A program made the position numbers and the translations under genes. A DNA stretch of 64,000 bases from an uncultured Gemmatimonadales bacterium (GTDB taxonomy: Bacteria > Gemmatimonadota > Gemmatimonadetes > Gemmatimonadales > Gemmatimonadaceae), in contig CAVPQB010000003.1 in assembly GCA_963707505.1 (NCBI GenBank), positions 480,001 to 544,000 on the forward strand. Reading direction: 5' to 3'. Positions 52,954 to 64,000 of this stretch are shown here, in pieces (position 1 is the first letter of the stretch; the number at the start of each line of letters is the position of its first letter). The notes beneath the pieces are model-generated. The model searched no databases and was not told the origin of the DNA. It saw nothing but the letters and a program-made list of their open reading frames with translations.

Positions 52954-52993
52954 AGATCGATAACATGGGTTCCCGCTTTCGCGGGAATGACGA
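52954..52993. repeat. CGTC-type REP with AGATCGATAACA extension
   Basis: 39/40 identical to 49966-50005. Confidence 0.85.
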
Positions 52994-53020
52994 CAGCCGG
53001 GATGACGGAGCGCGCCCCTC

Positions 53021-54310
53021 ATGACTCCCTGGCTTCGCGTCGCGTACGGAGCCGCTGCAAAAACGGCGGAGATGATCAGTCTCGTGACGCCGCGCACAAC
53101 AGAAAGCAAGCTTGCCAGAGCGTTTGTCGCGCGACAGGGAATCAGGCGACGTTACCGGAACTGGGGCGCCAGGGGACGGGACAGGTCGCGGCCGCTGCTG
53201 TGGATTCACGCGGCCTCCGTCGGCGAGGGGCTCATGGCGTTACCCATAGTTCACAGTGTCCGGAGTGCGTTACCAAACGTGCAGATTGCGTACACGTTCT
53301 TCTCGCCCAGCGCGGAGCCACTCGCGAAGCAGATGGGTGCGGACTTCAGTGACTATCTACCGTTCGATTCGGCCGGCGCTGCGCGAGTCGCGATCGATGC
53401 GCTCGATCCGACGGCGCTCGTGTTCGCGAAAGGCGACGTGTGGCCGGCGCTGGTTCGAGAAGCGTCATCACAGGGAGTCAGACTGGCCCTCGTGAGTGCT
53501 TCGATTCCCGCGAGCTCGCTGCGCAAGAGCGCCATGGGGTCGATGATAACGCGCGACGCGTATCGGTCGCTGGACGCGGTTGGAGCCGCGAGTACGGAGG
53601 ATGCCACGCGCATCATCGAAGCCGGCGCGCGCGCCGATCATGTGCGCGTGACGGGTGATACCCGTTACGACCAGGCGTGGGCCCGTGCACGCACGGAGCC
53701 ACGCAATACCGAGATCGTCGCTGCACTTAGTTCGTCGCGACCGACTCTCGTCGCAGGATCGACGTGGCGTTCCGACGAGCGCGAGCTGCTCGTGGCGTGG
53801 CGAGCGTTACGTGCGCAGGTGCCGGACGCCCGCTTGATAATTGCGCCACACGAACTGGCAGAGGGCCACGTCGCCGCAATCGAACACTGGGCCAGGGCCA
53901 GCTCGCTGTCCGCGTCGCCGCTCGCGTCCGCGACGCCATCGACCGACGTGATAATAGTCGATCGTCTCGGGGTGCTCGCAGATCTGTATGCGCTCGCTAC
54001 AGTTGCGTACGTCGGAGGTGGGTTTCACGATGCCGGACTGCATTCACTTGTCGAGCCAGCGGTATTTCGAGTGCCGGTGATAATCGGTCCTCGTCATGAG
54101 GACTCTCGCGACGCAGCCCTGATGCTGGCGACCGGTGGCGCCGCGAGCGTCGATGATGCGCAGCAACTGTCACGCACCATGATTCGTCTCTTCACCAGCG
54201 AAGAGGAGCGCGCGGACCGCGCGGACGCGATCGGCGCAGTAGTCGCGGGTGAGCTAGGCGCCGTCGACCGTACTTTCGAGATCGTTCGTGAGCTGCTGCG
54301 GGCGGTGTAG
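53021..54310 (+). CDS. waaA: Kdo transferase (3-deoxy-D-manno-octulosonic acid transferase)
   Basis: LWIHAASVGE, YLPFD, TGDTRYD, AGSTW, IIAPH, YVGGGF, EPA. Confidence 0.9.
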   Translation: MTPWLRVAYGAAAKTAEMISLVTPRTTESKLARAFVARQGIRRRYRNWGARGRDRSRPLLWIHAASVGEGLMALPIVHSVRSALPNVQIAYTFFSPSAEPLAKQMGADFSDYLPFDSAGAARVAIDALDPTALVFAKGDVWPALVREASSQGVRLALVSASIPASSLRKSAMGSMITRDAYRSLDAVGAASTEDATRIIEAGARADHVRVTGDTRYDQAWARARTEPRNTEIVAALSSSRPTLVAGSTWRSDERELLVAWRALRAQVPDARLIIAPHELAEGHVAAIEHWARASSLSASPLASATPSTDVIIVDRLGVLADLYALATVAYVGGGFHDAGLHSLVEPAVFRVPVIIGPRHEDSRDAALMLATGGAASVDDAQQLSRTMIRLFTSEEERADRADAIGAVVAGELGAVDRTFEIVRELLRAV

Positions 54311-55591
54311 GTAGAATCCCTGCACGAGGTGCACGCCAAGTGATTTGACGACTTCGTATTCCTGTTCGTACTCGACGCCTTCGGCGATCACCATCGCACT
54401 CTGGTCGTTGGCGAAACGAACCATCGTCGCGACCAGGTTCTGCTTGATGAAGTTCGTGTCGATTCCGTTGATGAGCGATATGTCGAGCTTGATGAAATCC
54501 GGCTCGAGATTCGCGATGGAGCCGAGGCCGGCGTAGCCGCTGCCGGCGTCGTCGACGGCGAAGCGGAAGCCCTTGTCGCGGAACGCGCGCAGTCGCTCGC
54601 GGAACTTCGGGTAGTCCTTGATCGCGGTGCGCTCGGTGATCTCGATGACCACGCGATGCGCGTCGGACGCACCGAGTGCGGTGTCGCCGAATGCGGGATC
54701 GGCGAAATCGTGCGGGTCCACGTTCACGAACAGAGCTTCGCCTGGCTTGAGCAACTGAGATATTCCTTCGACCGCGCGGTCTCGGCACAGGCGGCTCAAC
54801 TCCCAGATCAGGCCTGCGCGCGCGGCAACCTCGAACATCACCTCGGGTCGACGCAAGGACCGCATCGATCCACGCGCGAGCGCCTCGTAGCCGAATACTC
54901 GTCCGTCCGCGGCATGCACGATCGGATGGTAGTCCACGTATACCGCGCGCGCGCGCAGTGTCTCGCGCAGGTCGTCGACGAGTCGCGCCCGCTCGCGCTG
55001 CTCCAGATTGTGTGCATTGCTCGCAGCTTCGCGGATTCCGCGATAGACTACGCGTTCGAGTCGTGCCTTCGGATCGTACTGGACCACCGCACGTCCAACG
55101 TAGAGATCGAACAACGATGCAACGTCGGCGCCGTGGATGCGCTCGAGCGCGTCCGCGATTCCTTCATTCAGCCGCGCGATGAGCGGCTCGCTGATATAGC
55201 CATCGTCCCCTTCTTCGCGGCCGGGTGGCTCGTTCGGCGGAACGTAAAACAAGAGAAAGTCGTCGTCGTTGGCGTGGCTCAGGGCGAGGCGTGCAGCACG
55301 CAGTGGGGTTTCCGCGAGAATGACTGCCAGCTCGCGCGCGGTGGTATCGAGCACCGCGTCGAGCTTCTCCCATCCGTAGATCTCTTCGATCTTGGCGTAG
55401 CGGTCGAAGTTGAGGTACAGGATCACCAGTGCGCCACGATCCTGCACCGCGCCGCGAAGGCCATCGATCGCGGCGGCAAGGGTAGGCATCGCATTGCGCG
55501 CGTCCTTCTCGGGAAACGCCAGCGACGCGGCCGCTACAGAATCGCCCACGCGGCGACCGAGTGGCGGCCCGCCGACGTACTTGGCCGTCAC
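54254..55591 (-). CDS. EAL phosphodiesterase with degenerate N-terminal GGDEF domain
   Basis: YEALAR, FVNV, IEITE, VDDAGSGY, IKLD, AEGVE, QGFY. The GGDEF position reads ANDDDF. Confidence 0.88.
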   Translation of the reverse strand: MTAKYVGGPPLGRRVGDSVAAASLAFPEKDARNAMPTLAAAIDGLRGAVQDRGALVILYLNFDRYAKIEEIYGWEKLDAVLDTTARELAVILAETPLRAARLALSHANDDDFLLFYVPPNEPPGREEGDDGYISEPLIARLNEGIADALERIHGADVASLFDLYVGRAVVQYDPKARLERVVYRGIREAASNAHNLEQRERARLVDDLRETLRARAVYVDYHPIVHAADGRVFGYEALARGSMRSLRRPEVMFEVAARAGLIWELSRLCRDRAVEGISQLLKPGEALFVNVDPHDFADPAFGDTALGASDAHRVVIEITERTAIKDYPKFRERLRAFRDKGFRFAVDDAGSGYAGLGSIANLEPDFIKLDISLINGIDTNFIKQNLVATMVRFANDQSAMVIAEGVEYEQEYEVVKSLGVHLVQGFYLHRPQQLTNDLESTVDGA

Positions 55592-56043
55592 GCCTGAATT
55601 GCCGGACTCGCGGGACTCGTCGGAGTTGCCGAGCCTGTCGGATCGTCCGGACGCGCCGCTAGCGTGGCGGCATTTCGCCGCAATGCGGCAATCAGTTTCG
55701 AGAAATCCAATGGTTTCTCCAGAAAGTCATCGGCGCCGGACTGCAATGCGGTCCGCTTGTCGGCGAGGTCGTCGCGCGCCGTGACCATAATAACGCGGAT
55801 GCCCGCTGCGCGGGCGGGATCGCTTTTCATCAACCGGCAAACTTCCCAGCCGTCACGTCCGGGCATCATCACGTCGAGAAGGACCACGTGCGGATCCACT
55901 TCCTGGAATCTGCGCAGTGCATCATCACCGTCGTATGCTACGTCGACAGTGTATTCCTTCGTCGATTCGAGATACTGTCGGATGATGTCGGCGTTGTCGC
56001 GGTTGTCATCCACCACGAGTACACGCAGGAGCTTATCAGGCAT
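55588..56043 (-). CDS. Single-domain response regulator receiver
   Basis: VLVVDD, LLDVMMP, MVTA, LEKP; its stop overlaps the EAL gene start (GTGA). Confidence 0.9.
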   Translation of the reverse strand: MPDKLLRVLVVDDNRDNADIIRQYLESTKEYTVDVAYDGDDALRRFQEVDPHVVLLDVMMPGRDGWEVCRLMKSDPARAAGIRVIMVTARDDLADKRTALQSGADDFLEKPLDFSKLIAALRRNAATLAARPDDPTGSATPTSPASPAIQA

Positions 56044-56272
56044 CGGTCCCTTTGAGCCAAGGTCAGAGGGAAATAAGTGCAAAAGGGGGACCCGAACGGT
56101 CCGCTGGCACGCTACCCCGCGATGACTGCGGCGAACAGGCCGGGAATATCGATGACGGGCGCTGGAGATTGCGAGTCGGGCTGCCATCGGAGGCGGTCGT
56201 AGGGGATCTCCGGACGACCGTCCAGGGGATGCCAGTGCTCGACGAGCTGGACAGCGGAGGGTCGGCAGCAGA

Positions 56273-56299
56273 TGGATTCCCGCTTTCGCGGGAATGACG
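56273..56299. repeat. CGTC-type REP
   Basis: TGGATTCCCGCTTTCGCGGGAATGACG. Confidence 0.85.
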
Positions 56300-56351
56300 A
56301 CCAGCCGCTGACGCGACGTACGCGCACTCAGCGGCGTGTGCCTTGACTGCG

Positions 56352-58082
<1,731 letters not shown>

Positions 58083-58093
58083 CTAGCCATGAT

Positions 58094-58976
58094 CTATCCC
58101 TGCAGCGCCGCGGCGCCGCCGACGATCTCGGCGATTTCCTGCGTGATCTGCGCCTGACGCGCGCGGTTGTACGTGCGGCGCGAGAACGTTGAGCATGTCG
58201 CTCGCGTTGTCCGTCGCGTTCTTCATCGCCGTGCGCTGCGCGCGCGTAGCACGCCGGCCGTCGTCTCGACGAGCGCGCGATAGACCGCGTTGCGCACGTA
58301 GAGCGGCAGCAGCTCGCCGAGAATCGCTTCGGCGGTCGGCACGAGCATGTAGTCGCGCTGCGGTCGCCTTGCGTCGCGGCGGCGTCACCGGCAGCACCTG
58401 CTCCGCCGTCGGCGGCGTCGAGAGCGCCGACTTGAAGCTTGGCGTAGACGACGTACACCGCGTCGAGCTCGCCGCTCGACGAACGTCGTCGATGAGATCG
58501 TTCGACGAGCTCGCGCGGCGTTGCTCCGCCGTCGGCCGGTCGCCGATGTCGGTGCGGCTCGATCGCGATCGTCGCGACCGACGTAGCGGAAGTAGCCGAG
58601 CCCCTTGCTTGCCGACGACGTGCAGCGTCGACCTCGACGCCCTCGCCGCTCGAGCCGCTGCGATCGCGCGCGCGCGCTTCCTTGATCAGATTCGCGTTGA
58701 ACGCGCCGGCGAGTCCGCGGTTCGCGGTGAGCAGCATGACCGCCGCGCGTCTTGATCTGCGCCGGCTGCCGCAGCAGCGGGAAGCGCTCGGCGAGCTCCG
58801 GCGAGTAGAGGCTCGCGATCACCTCCGCGCAGCGCGTGCGCGTACGGACGCGCCGCGACGACGCGATCCTGCGCGCGCTTCATCTTCGACGTCGCGACCA
58901 TCTCCATCGTGCGCGTGATCTTGCGCGTGTTCTCGACGGACTTGATGCGACCTTTGAGCTCGCGTCCCTTCGCCAT
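58094..58976 (-). CDS. atpG: ATP synthase F1 gamma (many frameshifts)
   Basis: [60 protein letters not shown]. Confidence 0.92.
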
Positions 58977-58993
58977 GACGTCAGCTGTTACGA

Positions 58994-60615
<1,622 letters not shown>

Positions 60616-60653
60616 GATTCAAGTCGGGAAGTGGTCAGGTGCTTGTGGCGAGC

Positions 60654-60671
60654 TTGTGAAAATTATCACAA
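60654..60671. promoter_or_regulatory. Rex-like (also CRP-like) operator overlapping an extended -10 of the atpA promoter
   Basis: TTGTGAAAATTATCACAA has 1 mismatch to TTGTGAA-N4-TTCACAA and is an exact TGTGA-N6-TCACA. The minus strand contains TG-A-TAATTT. Confidence 0.7.
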
Positions 60672-61493
60672 GCCTCCTTTTCCTGCAACTCGGCTCCTGG
60701 TTCTGCCCTGAACGAAACGGTCCACGAGGTCGATCGCCCGGAGACCAGAAAGCGAGGCCGGCCGGGTACTCGCGATACGCTGAGTGGTAACGGCGAGGTG
60801 AGACGAGGACGCAAATCCCAGTACCGCCGCCACATCCCGGACGTCGTAGCCCGGATTCTTGGACAGCTCTGCCGCCGAAATCAGCCGGACAAGGTCGATG
60901 ACCCGCTTGAGATTGGCCCCCCGGTCCCGGGCGAAGTTTCTACTCAAATGTTCCCGCGTGACACCCATCACCGCTGCAAGGGTCGTTGTGGTCACCGGTC
61001 GGCCGGCATGGTGTACGATTGCCCGCCAGGTTTTGCGTTGAGTCTCGCTGGTGAGGCCGAGTGAGTCTGGCGCGTCCGTCAGCGCTCTGGCGAAGCGCGA
61101 CGAGTAGCTCAGAGGCGCAATGATATCACGCGCACTCGCCTCGTCGATGTGCTCACACAGAACATCGGCAAAACCGAGCACGGCGGTGCGCGCAACGGCT
61201 TCTGCGTCGGTAGTGCGAAAAGGGAGCAGTCCGAAGAACGGCGTGCTCGGGAAATCAACGGCGCGTGCAGCAAGCGTCCAGTGCGTGTCACCCTGCGCGG
61301 CGAGATCGATGACTACAGCATCGATGAGTTCACGACGTATCGCGGCTTCGAACTCCTCGACGTTGCGCACGAGGACGGTGTGCCCGCGCCGCCGCGGAAA
61401 CGCGGCGCGCACGAACGCGCGCGCGCGCTCGCGTCCGGCATAAACAAGAATGCACGGGAACGCTGGAGATGCGGAATCGATCACCGACGTCAT
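60666..61493 (-). CDS. AraC-type HTH regulator with receiver-like N-terminal domain
   Basis: LAAVMGVTREHLSRNF and DVAAVLGFASSSHL HTH pair; N-terminal ILV...DAVVIDL alpha/beta pattern. Confidence 0.8.
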   Translation of the reverse strand: MTSVIDSASPAFPCILVYAGRERARAFVRAAFPRRRGHTVLVRNVEEFEAAIRRELIDAVVIDLAAQGDTHWTLAARAVDFPSTPFFGLLPFRTTDAEAVARTAVLGFADVLCEHIDEASARDIIAPLSYSSRFARALTDAPDSLGLTSETQRKTWRAIVHHAGRPVTTTTLAAVMGVTREHLSRNFARDRGANLKRVIDLVRLISAAELSKNPGYDVRDVAAVLGFASSSHLAVTTQRIASTRPASLSGLRAIDLVDRFVQGRTRSRVAGKGGL

Positions 61494-61494
61494 G

Positions 61495-62247
61495 TTAGAC
61501 GCCCGCCAGGGCTGCGTCCAGACTCGGCTTGCCTTCTATGAACTGTCGCACGACGGGATCACTGGTTTGCTGAATCTCGGCGACGGTACCGACCTGCCGC
61601 ACCTTGCCTTCGTACAGCATGGCGATGCGCGTGCCAACGCTGTACGCGCTGCGCATGTCGTGCGTGATGACGACGCTCGTGACACCGAGCTTGTCGCGCA
61701 TGCGAATCATGAGCTCGTCGATGACCGCGGAGGTCACCGGATCGAGCCCAGTCGTCGGCTCATCGTACAATATGTACTTGGGTCGTTTGGCGATTGCGCG
61801 CGCGATACCAACTCGCTTGCGCATTCCGCCAGAGAGCTCCGCGGGGTATTTGGACTCGGCGTCCGGGAGATCGACGAGCGCGAGCGACTCGGTGACACGT
61901 TCCGCGATTTCCTTCTCAGACATGGTGCGCATCTTTCGCAACGCCATCGCGACGTTCTCTCCCACGGTTAGCGAATCAAACAGTGCGGCGAACTGGAATA
62001 CGTAACCGATTCTACCACGCAGCTCGTATAGTTGCTCGCGCGGCAGCTCCGGTACTTCGAGCCCGTCGACAAAGACCGTGCCGCTATCCGGAAGCAGGAG
62101 CCCGACTATGTGCTTGATGGCGACCGATTTACCGGTACCGGAATAGCCGATGATCACCATCGTCTCTCCCTCGTCGACTTCAAGCGTGAATCCCTCGAGC
62201 ACCTTCTTGTCACCGAAGGATTTGTAAACGTCGTCGAGTTTGATCAT
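61495..62247 (-). CDS. mlaF: ABC ATPase, MlaF/Mkl type
   Basis: GYSGTGKS, FQFAALFDSLTV, LSGGMRKRVGIARA, YDEPTTGLDP, ITHD, VRQFIEG. Confidence 0.85.
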   Translation of the reverse strand: MIKLDDVYKSFGDKKVLEGFTLEVDEGETMVIIGYSGTGKSVAIKHIVGLLLPDSGTVFVDGLEVPELPREQLYELRGRIGYVFQFAALFDSLTVGENVAMALRKMRTMSEKEIAERVTESLALVDLPDAESKYPAELSGGMRKRVGIARAIAKRPKYILYDEPTTGLDPVTSAVIDELMIRMRDKLGVTSVVITHDMRSAYSVGTRIAMLYEGKVRQVGTVAEIQQTSDPVVRQFIEGKPSLDAALAGV

Positions 62248-62328
62248 TTGGCACCGGCAGAAATCACAAACATGAAATTTAACCCACCGGGCTGGCGTCA
62301 GCCGGCGAGGCGTTTCACAAGGAAATTA

Positions 62329-63996
62329 TCACCGGGGCCGCACCTCATAGAGATAGAAGCGCTCGGGGACGAGAGCGTCGCCGAGGGCAGCCAGCGGTCG
62401 AATGGCGAGCGATGCGGAAGTTGCGTCGAGTGAATGGTTCAGGATAAGAATCATCACGGAATCCCGAGCCGCACAGCACGCATCGATGCGAGACAGCACT
62501 TGCGCGTCGTCGATGATGGCCGCCGGCATATTCAGCGGTGCAAACGTCATCAGCACATTGCGGTCCAGCGCAAAAATCGGCCTGTCGAGATAGCCTGAAA
62601 TGGTGGTTGCATTGAAGCCGGGCGACGCCAGGAGGGGAAGTTGATCCAGGCCATGCGAACGTATGTAGTCGGCGGCGGCCTTACCTTCCGAAAAGGGCAT
62701 CACGTAATCAGCGACGATCCGGAAGCCGCCGCCGATCACCTGAAGAGCGAGCAGTGCGATTATCGCGAGCTGTGCGCGCCCGTCGAGCCAGCGCACCGGT
62801 GCGGATTTCGCGATCGTTTGCGGTTCGGGCGGACTGTCCGCCGCCCGGGCTGCAGCAAACCACAGCGCCATTATTGCGGCGAGAAAGAAATAACCGTGGT
62901 GATACAGCGAACCACCATAAACAAAGATGGAGAACACCACCAGAATGCACGTTGCGGACAGATACAGGCTCAACGCGAACACTGACCGGCGCATGAGCAT
63001 CGCGAACAGCACAACGCCGATGATCGACAATATGCCCGCGAGAACCGCTCCCTTGTGCGATCGATCTACAAGAAAATTCGCCCACCAGATGTCACTGGTC
63101 TCTTCCATCCGAGGGATCGGTACATAGCCGCGCCAGATGGGCGCGATTGCGACTAACGGTCTCTCCGCCACACTGAACTGCTCGGCGCGTCGCGCTCCCG
63201 CGAGTCCCGGCCCGATGAACGCGTTGTCCGGCGAGGGCCGCACCTGCACCGCGGCGAGCAATACCGCAACTGCACCAACCAGAACTGGAAGCGCTACGCG
63301 GCGGATTCGCTCACGTCGTGCTGCGCCGCCTGGCGCAAATAGTGCGTCGGCGACAAGCGCAATGCCGCATGCGACGACGAGCATGGAGCCGTACACGCTC
63401 GTGTCTGCGAGGAGCGCCATTACCACCGCTGCCATTCCATAACGCGGCTTCGGCCGTGCCAGAATGACGCACAACAAGATCGCAAGCGTGAGTCCCAGCC
63501 CGTAACTGCGTGCCACTATGGTCCAGCCGTACACAACGAAGTAGCCGAACGCGAAGAGCACGCGAATCAGGCGTGGGAACGGAGCGAAGCGTGCAAACAG
63601 GTATACGGTGTAACAGCTGAATAGCAGCGCGATGGGCTGGATCCATCGCGGATCGCGTACCGCCTGTGCGATCGGGCGAAGCAGCAGGTACCAGAGACTG
63701 GGGTGCCCCTCAAAATGGAGTGCATGAAACAGGTCACGAAGGGACGCTGCGTCTCGCGCAAGCAACCATGCCTGGATTTCGTCGCGCCACATCTCGTGGT
63801 GCAACATCACGGGCACCGTCACTACCAGAAATGCCGCGACGACGATCAGTGCGAACAGGCGCTCTGTTTGCGCGGTTGGCGTGCGGGATTCCGTACCGAG
63901 CGGGGACTCTTCCGAGATTCGTCCGGCGCCGCTCAAGCGAAAATCATTGGTGTCGGCGGTGTCAGCGCGGAGTATGGCGCGGCGTGCTCGCCGCAT
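62329..63996 (-). CDS. Polytopic membrane protein, probable GT-C fold glycosyltransferase
   Basis: First TM followed by HHEMWRDE, EGHPSLWY, ARSY; ~10 or more TM segments and a C-terminal soluble domain. Start uncertain. Confidence 0.6.
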   Translation of the reverse strand: MRRARRAILRADTADTNDFRLSGAGRISEESPLGTESRTPTAQTERLFALIVVAAFLVVTVPVMLHHEMWRDEIQAWLLARDAASLRDLFHALHFEGHPSLWYLLLRPIAQAVRDPRWIQPIALLFSCYTVYLFARFAPFPRLIRVLFAFGYFVVYGWTIVARSYGLGLTLAILLCVILARPKPRYGMAAVVMALLADTSVYGSMLVVACGIALVADALFAPGGAARRERIRRVALPVLVGAVAVLLAAVQVRPSPDNAFIGPGLAGARRAEQFSVAERPLVAIAPIWRGYVPIPRMEETSDIWWANFLVDRSHKGAVLAGILSIIGVVLFAMLMRRSVFALSLYLSATCILVVFSIFVYGGSLYHHGYFFLAAIMALWFAAARAADSPPEPQTIAKSAPVRWLDGRAQLAIIALLALQVIGGGFRIVADYVMPFSEGKAAADYIRSHGLDQLPLLASPGFNATTISGYLDRPIFALDRNVLMTFAPLNMPAAIIDDAQVLSRIDACCAARDSVMILILNHSLDATSASLAIRPLAALGDALVPERFYLYEVRPR

Positions 63997-64000
63997 TGTA

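Noticed and set aside
56195..56251. Two hairpins with AGGGGAT loops resembling a CsrA-sponge sRNA
   Set aside because: Only two motifs, no promoter or terminator evidence, and adjacent to a REP.

Overview
GC-rich Gram-negative bacterial chromosome segment. Gene content, synteny and protein style point to Gemmatimonadota (inference). It looks like a long-read or metagenome consensus, with many indel frameshifts. Housekeeping blocks are thiO-lipA-pdhABC-lpdA-lipB, a UvrD helicase, dnaE-accA-ricT-metG, waaA, an F1-only atpAGDC operon and mlaF. They are interleaved with four SusC/SusD-like TonB-dependent uptake loci that have no recognisable CAZymes but sit beside peptidases and esterases and carry small accessory lipoproteins: two paralogous unknown lipoproteins, a stand-alone TBDT plug-domain lipoprotein and a DUF4397-like protein. 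Also present: a LolA-like/esterase fusion opposite a LytS/LytTR pair, a TPM-nucleotidyltransferase-LemA operon, a receiver plus degenerate-GGDEF/EAL pair, and CGTC-type REP/REPIN repeats. Best leads: (i) a recurring lipoprotein that may be a third component of Gemmatimonadota SusCD transporters, plus a plug-only lipoprotein; (ii) a TTAAG-N4-C-N-TAA motif upstream of all four susC genes (exact in three); (iii) a near-perfect Rex/CRP-type operator over the atpA promoter; (iv) leaderless-type promoters; (v) the TPM-NTase(DxN)-LemA operon. The atp segment looks like a chimeric or poorly polished consensus. No rRNA, tRNA, CRISPR array or transposase was recognised. All family calls come from motif recognition by eye, not database searches.
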